A DNA stretch of 64,000 nucleotides from contig CDRNST010000175.1 of assembly GCA_977016875.1 (NCBI GenBank), positions 1,426,001 to 1,490,000 of the forward strand. Reading direction: 5' to 3'. Of this stretch, positions 50,226 through 63,560 are shown in pieces. Below the pieces are notes generated by a model. The model saw only the letters and a program-made list of their open reading frames with translations, ran no database searches and was not told the origin of the DNA. Position numbers and translations under genes: made by a program. Every line of letters starts with the position of its first letter. Within the stretch, counting starts at the first letter, position 1. The stretch comes from Pavona decussata. Its lineage: Eukaryota.

Positions 50226-51591
50226 TTATGATAATGAATTCCTCTATTTCCACCCGCATTCACCCTCATTTTCAACAAACTTCATTTTCTAAATGAACAG
50301 ATGTGGCGTCAGTGTGCATCTGTACTCTGATAAAGCACGCTAAAATAAGCCAATCACAATCCTTGTTAGAATGTTTCAAATTATTTTATTGGTTGAAAAA
50401 ACCTACAGCTATCAACATGTCAAAGCAAATGTCAAAGCATCAAAGTTCTCAAACTGAAGTACAGAAGCTTAGTTTGCACGTCGGATGAGTTTTCAGTTCA
50501 AAAATCAGGACCAAAAATTAAAATTTTTAATGAAATCCGGCCGAATTTTGGCTCAGGAAAACTTGCATGTTATTAACATGACAATTGGAAAACAAACTGC
50601 TTAAAGCTTGTGGCTGGTATTTAACCCATTGTGCACCAGTCGTTTCCAGAGGTTTTCCAAAATTCAACAAAATTGGCAGAGTGGTTATTTCCTACGCCAT
50701 GTGCAGTAAAAATACATAACTTACAGTGCAAAAAAAACAACATCCCTCTAGTCTTAGATAGTTAAAATTACTAATTATGGAATAAAATACACTAGATGCC
50801 AATTAAAAATTTTCCAAAAAACAAATTTGAAGGTAAAAATTTCCGAAATTTCGATGAAATTTGATCAGTGCGTCACATGGGTGAAATTTTGATCTGTCTC
50901 GAGAGCATGTGTTTGTTTATGCAAGATAACACAGTTGTCATGTTTTCTCAATGAAAATAGAAAGAAAAACACAGAAAGCTTTCCTAAATGAAAAATCTAT
51001 TCAGAAAAGTCTTTGGTTACGCCTTAGAAAGAAACGCGCATAATTATAAATGCGTGACGAGCAACACGCAAGCGATTTGAAGGAACAACGCGTCCAATTT
51101 GAAGCGAATTTATCGACCCGTGCCGGGCATGTTTTTCAAATATTTCGGAAAAACTGTTCAGAGTACAAAGAATCGGTCAATTAGAATAGTATTTCAGTAC
51201 AAATTCACAATCAAACCTGTAATTTTTTGGCTGTTGAATTCTCAGAAGTACTCTAAAATTTTGCATGATTGGAGCTGTCTGCTCGCTCATCGCCTGGATA
51301 AAACAACAATTCGTACTCGAAGCGCAATTTCTTCGCCATTATTTCTCGGATTTTCGCTGTCGAAACTGTTGAGTATTCCTAAGCAGTTCTTCTTTCGATT
51401 TACCATTTTAAAAAGGTGTGTTTTTCTTCGGAAAACGCGAAAATCGCCGACTAAAAGTTTAGCCACGCGAAACCGATGCGTGTAACTTGCGCGTCGGACC
51501 AAAGTGTGATTGCAGTCGCTCTGACACTATGATTGGTGTAAATTCTTGACAGAGACGCCAGTTTGGAAATTTTCTTCATCATTCCCCCAAG

Positions 51592-52514
51592 TCAGTTAAC
51601 CCCCAGAGGTTTGTTGTTGTACCAGACTTGGTCTTCTTGTGTCATGGCTTGTTTCGGGTACTGGAAGAGTGCTTTGCAATGGGGGTTTAACTTCTGGAGG
51701 TAGACCTTTAGGCAGTTGAGGCCGTCAAAAAGTTGATCTTCTGACGTTGAATACATCGTAGCCTCCTTTTCCACGCTGCTGAAATCGTCAATTCCCCCTG
51801 GGTGGTTCTTCGTTGCCTCTTCATGGGTCATTGAAATGTATTCGCGCCCGCTCTCGTCCATCAAGAACTGGAAGCTTTGTTTTGTTAGCTCTCGTTGACC
51901 TTCGTGTCCGTGACGACACCAGTACAGGTTAATGTGAAGCCAGTTGACCCCCAGAGGTTTGTTGTTGTACCAGACTTGGTCTTCTTGTGTCATGGCTTGT
52001 TTCGGTTACTGGAAGAGTGCTTCGCAATGGGGGTTTAACTTCTGGAGGTAGACCTTTAGGCAGTTGAGGCAGTCAAAAAGTTGATCTTCTGAAGTTGAAT
52101 ACATCCTAGCCTCCTTTTCCACACTGCTGAAATCGTCAATTCCCCCTGGGTGGTTCTTCGTTGCCTTGTCATGGGTCATTGAAACGTATTCGTGCCCGCT
52201 CTCGTCCATTAAGAACTGGAAGCTTGTTTTATTAGTTCTCGTTGACCTTCGCGTCTGCGACAACACCAGTACAGGTTAATGTGAAGCCAGATATTCCGCA
52301 GAAGACCCCAAGGATTGTCTCCCCGAACTGCATTGGAGGATTTCAACTTTTGAAGGGCTGCCTCTGGAATGGGAGGTTTGTGTTTGGTATTTTCTTTGTT
52401 TTCGCGCTTGTTTAACTTTATCTGACTTTGTAGGAGCTTGTTTGAGGCTTGAAATTGGATTCCTTTTGTAATTGAAATTCCTCTGTTAAGTGGCGGATTG
52501 TTGAGGTATCTTTC
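51592..52514 (-). pseudogene. Crypton (DUF3504-type tyrosine recombinase), 3' part, with an internal tandem duplication of about 350 bp; truncated
   Basis: YLNNPP..RG.SI....F..SN, DNPWGLLRNIW......W.RR.REGQREL, KNHPGG, YLQKLNP....LFQ.PK, WYNNKPLGVN; block 51595-51943 duplicates 51944-52290. Confidence 0.85.
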
Positions 52515-52657
52515 TGTCACAGAATAGCTTCTAAGACTTTTATTTTAAACACATGGCATTACACTTTTTTACACACATTCAACGTGGCGGTTCAACAACA
52601 ACCAGAGTTCATCTCGCGATGCATAATGGGAGCATGTGGCGATGAAGTGATGTGACA
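52515..52657 (-). repeat. Gypsy 3' LTR
   Basis: 143 bp, matches 60112-60255; adjacent PPT. Confidence 0.9.
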
Positions 52658-52886
52658 TCTCCCCGTCTTTCAATGACAATAATAAAAAGAGCATTAACGA
52701 GAAAACCTATCCTATAATAACAATGACCAATGGGACCTTTGTCTAAAAAAGAATTATATAACAACAACAGCTACAGGCGTAACCTAGTACCTGTAGCATA
52801 ATGTGATACTGATTTAAAAAAAAGTACTCTTCAATGTCCTTAACCTTACAAGTCTGTGAGGGCATCACAGTTCTTTCTGAACGAAC

Positions 52887-55800
52887 TTATTCTAACAAGT
52901 CTAGTGTTTGTGCTGGTGTCACAGTTCTCCCAGATCTGGTAGCATATCCCTTGGCAGTGTCTGACATTCTCGGGGAAGCCTCATCTGTTGACGGCGTATT
53001 CGGTTCTGGTCTTGCTACTGTCTGTGCATGTCCAACTGGGGAAGAACACCTTGTGGTTGTCTGATAAGGTGGGGTCTCAGGGTTTTGGTGGAGGGCTGGG
53101 TTTCCTGCTTGTTGGCAGCATGGGTTACTTACTGCAGTTGTGTCTGGTCTGAGATAGGTAGCTCCCGTGCTGTTGGCTCTGACAATGTAAGACCTTGGCT
53201 CCTTGGCTGGCTGTATAACAACACCAGGCTCCCAGGTTTGTGAGTGGTAGTCGAACATGCGTATGGGTTGGTCAACTTCTAATGGTTTCTTAGGTGGTCC
53301 TGGGCGCTGGTTGTAGTATTGTGCTTCTTTCTCCTTACGCGTTGCAAATTAGATTTTTGTGGCTTCATGGTCACTGTAGCCTCTTCCAGGCGTTCAGTTA
53401 GTTGGGGCGCAGCGCGAAAAAAGGCGCGCGAAAAAATAAAGAAAAAGCGCGCGAAGGGAAGCGAAAGAACGCCTGTGGGCAAACTTAACAAACGGTCGTT
53501 CCGGTATACCAGGATCTGGTATACCCTCTGATTGGTCAATTTTGACAGATTTTGTCAACACTAGAACGTTGCTGACGCAGATGAGAAATTCGATATGGCG
53601 GCGTTCCTTTCATCGAGTGTCAAATCTGCAATAAACAACATTCTTAAAAATTTTCCGCATGTGGAGCGCCTTCGAGAATTCTTTTACTTTATTTTCGCGA
53701 ATAAATTTTCGCAAAAAGCTACTTTTCTAGGGAAAAAACCATTAAATTAATTGAGCCGAGATAAGCCCATTAAACTTTCGTCTCGTTCAGTTCTGATCAT
53801 TATAAGGATAAAGGAGATCAGTTTACGTTTGGAGTTGCAACTGTGAAAAATATCAGACGTTCGTCAGGATAAATCCTGTTTCCTAGCCAGAAACGTAATA
53901 AATTTTGGTCCACGAGCGTTGATTCACCAATCAACACAAAAATGAAAAATCACTGGCGCATAAGGCGGTTGAACATCACGACATAAACAACGAAGGAGCT
54001 TTTAAAACACTTTAATGACTGTTTGTTCTCCGTCGATATTCATGGCAGAATCGATTTGGCCACAAATATAAATAGGTGATACTCCCAACGTACTTCAAAA
54101 TGGTCATCACCACTTGTCTGTCCACCAAGGATTTGCTGGTCGATTCCTGTAGATCTCTTGAGTGACTGCTAGCACGCCTCGCGGAAGGAGTATATCTCCA
54201 GTCAGTGATCTAGCGTTCGTCTGTCGTTTTGCCACTTTCAGCGATTCTCTTTCCACAATCCCCGAGAAAAGTTTCACAATACTGGCATGCGTTCTAGCCA
54301 GTATTCTTGCACAGGTCAAACTACTTACATTCGAGAAACTTGGGTCTCTTTTCAGTTCGTGCCCCAACGAACTGGCAAGGTCGGCCAACACTATTTTAAT
54401 AGTGTTAGCAGAGAGCTTTAAAAAGCTCTCTGCTCCCGAAACCTTATTAACAACAACATTAAAAATAGATACTCCGGGAATTTTTGTTTCCTGGCACTTT
54501 ACATTTTTCTGGCAAAACCTGCAACACGTCGGAGGATGGACTGTCAATTTGCATGCAGAAAAAACGAAGAATTGACGGACATGAAAAGCACAAACGAACA
54601 GGAAAGAGGCGCCAACTCACATTTCAAGATTGAAGTATCATATTTCCCGGAATTCTGATTAGGGTCTGATTGACATCTGCTGACAACTGAAAACCACAAG
54701 CCATATAAGTCGGCGGAACGACCGTTTGTTAAGTTTGCCCACAGGCGTTCTTTCGCTTCCCTTCGTGTGCTTTTTCTTTATTTTTTCGCGCGCCTTTTTT
54801 TGCGCAGCGCCCCAACTAACTGAACGCCTGGAAGAGGCTATGGTCACGGCTGTTAGGAGGGTTTCGCTGGTACATGGGTAGTCTGCTTTTGAATTTTCTG
54901 TTGGTGAGCCGTTCTGTGGGGGACTTGAGCTGGTTGTCCAAGGGTGTGGCTCGGTGGGACAGAAGATCAAGATAAGGATCTTCTTTGTCCTCTTCGCATT
55001 TTCTGAGAATGTTCTCCACAGTCTGGACCATCCGTTCAGCAGACCCATTTGATTGGGGTACATTGGAGAGCTGGTGATGTGTTCTACTCCATAGGTGGTC
55101 ATAAAACCATCAAATTCGGCTGAGCTGTACTGTGGACCATTATCGGTTACGAGTTGTAACGGGATGCCGTGCTCGGCAAAGATGCTCTTTAAGTGGTTGA
55201 TGACTGCGGATGATGTGGTGCTTGTAAGTCTCCTGATGATGGGAAATCTGCTGTATTTTTCTGTTAGCAGGAGGTATTGCTGGCCTCCAAACTGGAACAT
55301 ATCGGAGCTGAGTCTTTCCCATGGTCGGCATGGGGGCTGCGGCTGGAGCATTGGTTCTTTCGGGGCCTTTCTCTGATATTTGTGGCAGGGCTCGCACTGT
55401 TCAACTTTATTGATGATATCCTTCGTAATTCCGCGCCAGAACACACATGTGCACGCTCAAAGCAGACATTTCTCCTGCCCCAAGTGGCCTTGGTGTATAA
55501 TGTCTAGGACCTCGGGTCTCAAGGTGGGTGGTATCAAAATTCGGTCACCTTTCAGCAGTAGGCCATCCTCAACAGTTAATTCTTCTCTGAAATTCCAGTA
55601 GTCATGGAGTAACGGAGGGCACTTTTCTCTTTTCTGAGGCCATCCTTCAAAGGCAGTTTCCTTCAGCAATGACAAAGTGGGGTCCTTTTTTGTCTCGTCT
55701 CGGATCTGTTGTAGCCTTGTTGGGGATGCAGGGAGGTTCTGTGTGATGTGTTGGACATGTATTTCTCGGAGTTGGCCATTTGCTGAGGCGAGGTGAGGGC

Positions 55801-57780
55801 TGACTCTAGAGAGGGCATCAGCTATTGGCACATCAGGACCTTTCACGTAGTTAACAGTGACATCATACTTCAGGGCTCTTATTAAAAATCTCTGCAGTCT
55901 GGGTGGGTAACTAGACAAGCTTTTCTCAAAAATTGACTCAAGAAGCTTATAATCAGCGTTTACTGTACCATTTTTTCCGCAAATGAAGTACTTGAACCCC
56001 TCCAGACCCCATACTACGCCCAGCATTTCTCTTTCAATATTGCTGTAGTTTTTCTCTGTATCTGAGTGCTTTCGAGGCATAGCATACCAGTTGTCCTTGC
56101 TGTAGCAGGAGCGCTCCCAGACCTTTCTGGGAAGCGTCGGTTTGAATGACAGTTTCGACGCTTGGGTCGAAGTAACAGAGCGCTCCCATTGATGTGATCT
56201 CTTCCTTGACTTGCTGGAACGCGTGGTGGTGTTCAGGTCCCCATATGTATGCTATGTCTTGGTGAGGTCGCGCAGTGGTCCTGTGATGCTGGCCAATCGA
56301 CCTGAATATCTGGTTAGGTAGTTCAAGAGGCCTAGAAAGCTTTGGAGATCTTTGCGGTTTTCTGGAGGGGCCATGTTCTGAATTGCAGATATTTTCTTAT
56401 CATCTGGCTTGATTCCATCAGGGTTCCACTTGTGTCCGAAGAAGCTTACTTCTTGACATTTGAACTGTATCTTGTCCTTGTTGAACTTGATTCCCTTTTT
56501 TCTGGAGCTGTTCATGAGGTTCACCATGTTTTCATCATGTTCTTTCTCTGTAGCTCCAAACACAGATGTACCATCAGTGATACCAGTCACTCCATTTAGT
56601 CCATCTAGTGCCGAGTCTAGGTGCTTTTGGAACACATCTTGTGAGACAACAAGGCCAAAGGGAAGTCGGGTAAAGTGGAACCTCCCAAACAGGGTGTTAA
56701 AAGTAGTCAAGTAAGAGCTGGCTTCATCTAAGGGCACATGCCAGTAGCCTTTTTTGGCATCCACTACACTAACAAATTTGGCATCTTTAAGCTGTGTGAC
56801 CACTTCATTAATTGTTTTAGTGTAGTAGTGTTCACGCTTTATTGCTTTGTTTAAATCGCGTGGGTCAAGGCAGACTCTGACTTTTGTGACTTGTTCTCTG
56901 TCATTAGTCGTTTCGGAAAGGACAATACTGTTGACCCAGTCGGTGGGTTTGCTAACTGGTATGAAAATGCCGAGTCCTACCATGTTGTTAAGTTCCTCTT
57001 TGTACATGCTTTGTAGATGTACTGGCACAGCATGTGGTGCATGGATGACGGGCGCAGCGTCAGGATCTAGGTTAATGTGATAGGGCTTCATGTTGAAGGT
57101 TCCCAGGCCGTCAAAATAATCACTGAATTCATTGAGGAAGTTTCTCTCATCCAGTGGGGTGTGTGCTTGAGTGTCAAGGGGTTTAGGTCCTGAACCATCA
57201 ACCTTCTGCTCTGATTTGGAGGGTGCTTGAGTCTCGAGGCTGTTAGCTTTGTCTTGCTTGGAGGTTTCCAAACTGCAGTTAAATTTTATCAGTCCCAGAT
57301 CCTCGCAGGCTTTGCAACCAAGCATCGCTGGTCCTGGCACTTCAGTGACATTGAAGGTTATCTCTTTAATGCTGCCTTTTTGATGGACGTACAGTTGGCA
57401 GGTACCAAGGGTCTTTATGGTATGACCTCCATGTGCAGTAATCCGGTATTGTGCAGGGCCTAGGTGTCTGTGCTGAGGGCTGGGGATGAGTTCATCATAC
57501 TGTTCTTTAGAGATGACATTTACTTCTGCACCAGTGTCAACTTTTCAATTAATGGGTACAGTATGCGTTTCAGAAGGATTCACTGTAACCTCGATCTCGG
57601 TCATGACTTTGGTGCGGTTTTTTCTCTGTTCAATACTGCCGGTCGTTGGAGAACTGGGGCTAGAATTCAATGGAGCACTCTGCTCTGCCTTTAATGTTCC
57701 CAGGAAGACTCTGTCATAACTTGGGCATTCACTTGTTGCACCATCAGGTTGGTCCTTGTGCAGGGTCATGACATCCTTTT
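52887..57780 (-). pseudogene. pol: Gypsy pol (PR, RT, RNase H, integrase), frameshifted and interrupted by a TIR element
   Basis: VDTGA (protease), RVCLDPRDLN, DAKKGYW, RLPFG, degenerate YxDD (ITDG), QTDAS, YSNIEREML, H.GHLG..KC, TDNGPQY. Confidence 0.9.
53377..54840. mobile_element. Non-autonomous AcademH-like element with about 130-bp TIRs and 9-bp TSD
   Basis: TAGCCTCTTCCAGGCGTTCAG... / ...CTGAACGCCTGGAAGAGGCTA; TSD TGGTCACTG / TGGTCACGG; internal zf-AD-like ORF remnant 54107-54547 (minus strand). Confidence 0.85.
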
Positions 57781-57784
57781 TCAT

Positions 57785-58568
57785 CTAAGATTTGCAAACT
57801 TTGCTAAAATGACCACGTTTGTTGCAATTGGAACATTCTGCTTCACTAGCTGGACATTGTTGACCTTTGGCATGAAAGCTATCTCCACATCTGTAACACT
57901 GCTTTGGTTTGTTTTCAGGCCATCTGGTTACTCTACCTCTACTTCTCCAATCTTCTGTTTCTTTTTCTTTGCTGATTGCGTTCACTTCACCATCCGGTTG
58001 TTGCAGTTGGCTAGGGGGCAGAGAGTTTTGCTTTCAGTTGCATTTGCGTAGCTTCCTCAGTACGTGCAATTTCCTTTGCTTTTGTGAAGGTTAATTCGTT
58101 ACCACGGGCGATGCATTTTCTCCTGACCTCTTGCGAGTCGGTGCCAAATACTAATGTGTCACGCATGAGTTCATCATGTAATTCTTGTGGGTAACCAGAA
58201 CTCTGTATGAGTAGTCTTGCTTCAGTCAGAAATGTATCAAGGGGCCGGTTGTTCTGTTTCAGGCTTCGTAAGTAATATCTGTTTAGAATGTGGTTAGCGT
58301 GTGGTTTGACGTGATCTTCAAATCTTGCCCAATATTCCTTCAGGTCTTTCTGTTGATCGGTTGTAAGCGCCCACGTGTTGAATAAGTCAAGGCTGTGGTC
58401 GCCTGACCAAAGCAACACATATTTACACTTCTGAGTGCTATCTCGGCTTTTTAGTGGCCCATCAAGTAACATTTCACACTGCTGGCGAAACCGCTTAAAT
58501 CTTGTATGTAAATCGGGACCAGGATGCCAGTCCATTTTAGGTAAGTCGAATCCGACCAAGTCGCTCAT
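57785..58568 (-). pseudogene. gag: Gypsy gag with CCHC zinc knuckles
   Basis: ELMRDTLVFG...VRRK; CYRCG..H....CPA...CSNCNKRGHF.KVC. Confidence 0.85.
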
Positions 58569-58589
58569 TTTCAGTCGTACGAGAAGACC

Positions 58590-60065
58590 TTATAGTCAAC
58601 AGTGTTAAATTTTACATCGCGCAGAATGCCTATTGTTTTGGGGACATTTACTTACTGTACGGCAAAAGTTATAGATCTGTAATATTAGCGGTGAAGCGTA
58701 AACTGAGTGACTGTCATTGGTCCAAATCTACGCGCGCCGTGCTCCGCAGGGAATACCGCTTAGCTCATTAACTTGTCAGGTCGGAGCTTAAAGACAATGG
58801 TCACATAAGCTATTGTTCATTCTATTGTTTCCTAATATCGCACCTTTGCAGTATGGCTGAATAAGTGCGCACCGGCAGCAAGTGTATTAACGTTCAATAG
58901 TATAACAGATCGAATTTTTGGAAAGGCCGTTTGGCCTGCTTTATACTAATTGTGAATAGGGCAAGTCTTACCTTCCGCCAAACCCACGGCAACAAATGTG
59001 GCGCCTTCGCAGGCATTCGAACATATACTTGTCGCGCCTGAATCTTGAGTAGCTTATGCTCGAAAAAACACGCGCGCGCGTGCCTTTTTTTTTGTTGCAA
59101 AAAAAAAAAAAAAAGCTTTAACTAGAACATTCGCGCTCGCGACCAGATTCCTCTAATTTGTAGGCGAAGGAAAGGATGGTCGAACAAATTGGCCGGTTTC
59201 CCGCAAACGTTCCTCTACAATAATTTCCATATACCTTCTCCGTTCAGTTGAAAATCGTAAGTAGAGTTTATAACATTAACGTATGGCGGCACCATGTGAA
59301 TTAACAACGGACGGAGCGGGTTTTCGAAGAGCTCTGAAAAGAGCTCCCAATCACTATTGTATTTATTGGTCGCGCACGCTGTCAATTTTGTTTTGACCGT
59401 AGATCGTGAGTAAAACAGCTGATGCACATAGCAATATTAAAATTCGCGGTAGCTAAGAATATTGTTTCATGCAGAGTGGTTTTCAACAATAGGCATTGTT
59501 TCATTTGACATGTATTGTTATTCATGTCTGGGCTGAAAACAATAGCTCTCCAGCTCTGAACGCGCCATTTTCAAATAAAACTACGACCAACAATTTTCAA
59601 ACTGAAAAACATAAAGGTTCCTCGTGACCAATTTTCGAAATTAAAACGGATTCTTTTCAAGGAAAGACTCGTCTGCCATTTGCAGTGCGTGAAAGTCTAG
59701 TAGGTATGTTAGTTTTCCCAAAATAGTTCTCCAAAATCACTGTCTATACGAAAATCTGCAAAATTTACTGTATATTCAAGTGGAAAAATATAAAACTTCT
59801 ACTTTCTCAATTTCATTCTTTTTTAGTGCAAATTGTAGACTAATCCTTGATTTTCAAGAAGCCGTGCGTGAACCTTGAGATTATCATTTCTGAGACTCGG
59901 GAAAGTGAATTTTGTGAACCCTAGTTGCCTAGTTTCGGCCCATTCTTCTCTAATTTATAGCTCTTCAAAGCGCGATCGCATTCGAATTTGCCGCTTCAGT
60001 GGCTATGAATTATTCATGATGTCCAGGCATTCTGCGCGATGACGTACAAGTTTCCGTTTGCTATC
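58590..60065. mobile_element. Possible TIR insertion in the Gypsy 5' leader
   Basis: CATCGCGCAGAATGCCT (about 58615) is inverted as AGGCATTCTGCGCGATG (about 60025); exact ends and TSD unresolved. Confidence 0.4.
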
Positions 60066-60111
60066 TCCTTGATTGTTTAGCTGGCGTTAATAGTCCCGCT
60101 TCTGACATCCA

Positions 60112-60255
60112 TGTCACAGAATAGCTTCTAAGACTTTTGATTTAAACACAACGGCATTACACTTTTTTACACGCGTTCAACATGGCGGGCCAACAACATC
60201 CAGAGTTCATGTCGCGATGCATAATGGGAGCACGTGGCGATGACGTAATGTGACA
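60112..60255 (-). repeat. Gypsy 5' LTR
   Basis: 144 bp; adjacent PBS. Confidence 0.9.
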
Positions 60256-60947
60256 CTTTCTATTGCATTTCAAATTCCAAGAAGGGATGACCTGGAGTAC
60301 AATTCACCATCTTTTGTGCGAGCTTCAGCGTAGAACTGGCGAAGGTAGTTGTCAAGCTCTTTGTTGTTCATTTCGCGAAAGTTCCTCGCGATTTTTCTTT
60401 CACGGCACCAAAATATTAAAAAAAGTCAAAAAAAAAAAAACAGTTGTTTATGAGATAGGTCTTTGAAGAAAATGTTCAGTTCTTATATATATGTGTGTAT
60501 TCGCTAGCTAATATTAAACTTAAGCCTAATTGTTAAAATTGTCAATTTTTTTTGCACGAAAATATAGCCGTTTGAGTAATTGCCGTATTTGAGTTTTTAA
60601 CACTGTACTTAAGCTTATGACATTTTTTACAGCTTACCTTCAAAAACTCGGACTGCCCATTTTGTGTTATTTTTGGTGTTTTTCGTCTCTGCTCTCGTTA
60701 TAATTTCGTCAATTTCGGCGCTTGACATGTTTGGAAATCTTTGCTTGTTTATGTTGCTAATTGGCTCTGTGTTTCCATCGGTAACTTCTTCGGAAACTTT
60801 ACTTTCAATAACTGGGAAACTTGTACTGGTACTCACAGGATGGTCTACCTCTATTGAAGCTAAGAGCTCGTTTTCGTTTTCCAGGTCATACAAGACGTCT
60901 GGGTTATAACAAAACCCGAGAGAGAAGTCCGGGAATTGGTCGGCCAT
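60256..60947 (-). pseudogene. Crypton tyrosine recombinase, 5' part (two exons)
   Basis: RF.......IDEI.......NTKNNTKWAVRVF followed by a GT donor; second exon ELDNYLRQFYAEARTKDGELYSRSSL; joins across the TSD to YLNNPP at 52514. Confidence 0.85.
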
Positions 60948-61492
60948 TTTACAAATGGGCCGATGGCATGACACCATTGTTCCGTGCATCTGTACTCTGA
61001 TAAAGCACGCTGTTTCAACCAATCAGCGCGCGCGTTATATTGAAACTTTATTATAAATTGTAATATATTCATATATTCTCTTCTTAGATATTTGCAGTTT
61101 TAAAAGAGGAGTATTAAATGACATTTGTATGTACAGTTTTCTTGCTGGCCTTTGAACTTCCAGTTTGAAGTTGACCTGCTCATATGTTTTTTTTTTTAAA
61201 ATACGGCGGATTTTACGTATTTGGCGGTTTTCTGAGAGTTCCCTTTCAAAAAGTGAACTTTTAACTAAAAGAGGACTGTTTCGGACCTCTTTGTTCGTTC
61301 TCAGAGTTCCGAGGACATCTATGGAATTAATGTTTTTAAAATCAGCAAGCAAACTCAACGACAACCAAAAGCATTTCAAACGTAATGTTTGCCATCACCT
61401 CTCTCCAACTACACTGCTAGAAACAGATTAAAAACATTACGCTAAGATATTTTGCTCAAAAATTCAGAGGGAACAGAAATTTTGGGAAACGA

Positions 61493-61586
61493 TCCTTCCT
61501 TCCTTCCCTCCCTCCCTCTTTCTCTCCCATCCTCCTTCCTTCCTTCCTTCCTTCCTTCCTTCCTTCCTTCCTTCCTTCCTTCCTTC
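61493..61586. repeat. (TTCC)n microsatellite
   Basis: Direct observation. Confidence 0.95.
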
Positions 61587-61979
61587 AGAATTGTTTGTAA
61601 TTAGTTACAAGTAATAACGCCTGATTCAGTGCCTAATTCAGTGCCCGTGAGTTACTTGCCACCTATGTGCAAAATTCATGTTTTGATGCGTCTGAAATAT
61701 GAAATGACAACAGTTGAGTTATTTATCGATCGCATGTCGCGGGTGTTCAACGATTGAAAAATCTGAATAGCTTCGGCTAACTCTGCTTACCTGGTCAACG
61801 ACCATCAGTCTGTTCTGGAGAAAACGAACGAGCTCTTGCAGGTAATCCCTGACCTGCTCTTCATTTACCTCGCGCTGATCAATAGCAAAAGAATTAAACT
61901 CGCAGTTATAAGTTGTTAAAGGATTAAGGCTTGTCAAGAAGTCTTGTATATAAAAATTACAATGAAAGTCGTGCTTGAA

Positions 61980-62440
61980 CCCACATTTGACCTCCCTGGA
62001 AGAACTACAGAGCACAAGTTTTAAGTTGTGTGGATCTTTTCTTGCTTTAAAGCTGTGAAAACATTTTGCACAATCATAAAAAAAGCTCTGATCGTGGGCA
62101 GTTTGAATGTCATGCAAATGCTCGTTTTCCAGAAAGGCTATGGCTTTATGAAGTCCTGTCGGCAATAAGTGTTGTTTGCTGTTTTGCCTTTTTCCCGAAC
62201 TTGCGTTATGGTTATCTATTCGTGCATGTGCGAAGAATGGGTTTTTTGGTGAGTTGCATGCCCCTTCCATTCGCTGAGAATGACATGTTTGTAGTGTTGT
62301 CGTGAGCTTCCCTCTTATCTTGCCGGGATGGAAAAGCACCGTCCTAGCTCAGTTGTTGTCTTTTACAGTGGGTATAGATGAGATTTTCGTCTGAGTCGAC
62401 CAGAAGATAGCTGGTCCTGTTCAAATACTTATTCACACTG
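61980..62440 (-). pseudogene. Fragment resembling the N-terminal region of SWIM/YqaJ-associated transposon proteins
   Basis: KAIAFL..EHLHDI......FY..AKCFHSFK...PH...LVL....EVK; weak recognition from memory only. Confidence 0.3.
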
Positions 62441-62899
62441 TAAAAGAACAAAACAAATGAGACACTTGACCTTAGCAAGGTCAACAATTGGGACAGTAAA
62501 CGAATATCACCTACCACTTACAAAATTGTGCTTTGGTAACTAAACCTGTACAGGAATCACCACAACATCTTAAGCAAAATTTCATTTCATTTTATTTGTT
62601 TCTCCACTCCTAATACTAGTACACAAGCATTAAATAGTTACAGAAATTTAATATGAAATAAACTACAGTTAACTTGAATACAACTCATAATGACCAATAC
62701 TGTGCCCCTTATAATAGGTCAATAAACTAATTGTTTAGTTAAAATTAAATAGAATAGAAATGTAAAAGAAATAGGAAAAGGAAAAACAGAATATAAAATG
62801 AGAACGAATACAATAGGGATAATGAGTCATTAATATTGAGAAAGGAATGTATCATTAATATTGAACAAGGTAGAAAAGAAGAGAACCACATGGAACCAT

Positions 62900-63560
62900 A
62901 CATTTCTGTAGAAGAGCGAGTGGGTTGTTCAGTGCAAAAACCTGTGAGGATTTCAGCCGCACCAAATGTTTGTTTTCAATTGCCGGCTTGTGTTTTATGG
63001 TTTCTTACTTTCGCTTCAGGTTAACAACTTGTGCATTTTGCGTCTCCTTTGATTTTTTAAACCTTGGGTCGGATGAGAGCTTTAGGCCTTTATTTAGTGG
63101 CGGTGCATTCAAATATCTTTCCACCGACTGTTGAAAACCGAGGAGTGTAGATTTGCTGTAGACTTCTCCTGATTTATTCCTGGCCTCTGCATAAAATCTG
63201 CAAAGGTTTGTATCCAGTTTCTAGCGGGGTTTGTATTTTTCTCTTGGTGCACCAGGCTAAAAAAATGTTAGTACCATTTAGTGTGCAGACAATGCGTGAA
63301 TGAATTTTTTGACTGTGGTTGAATAAATCTATTAGCTTAGATACAAGTTGTCAAGTACTGTACTTGTTGTTGTTGTTGTTGCGAAATTAGTCAAATAGCA
63401 AGGAAATTTTTTCTTGTCAGATTGTTTGGTTTTTGACCGTTTTGTTACTGTCTCTGTAAGTAACTGCTTGTTTTCATCAGCGTGAACTAACGTAAAAAAC
63501 AGTGATAGTTACCTTTGAATGTTGCCACAGACCAATTTGTTTTGGTTTTCTTAGTGTAAG
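62900..63560 (-). pseudogene. Second Crypton (DUF3504-type) remnant
   Basis: LDTNLCRFYAEARNKSGEVYSKSTLLGFQQSVERYLNAPP.NKG, paralogous to 60256-60400 and 52440-52514. Confidence 0.75.

Larger units (their letters stand above)
52515..60255 (-). mobile_element. Ty3/Gypsy LTR retrotransposon (decayed), inserted into the Crypton ORF
   Basis: LTRs 52515-52657 and 60112-60255 (TG...CA); 5-bp TSD CTTTC; PPT AAAGACGGGGAGA; PBS TGG(A)TGTCAGAAG (tRNA-Leu-like); gag-PR-RT-RH-IN order. Confidence 0.95.
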
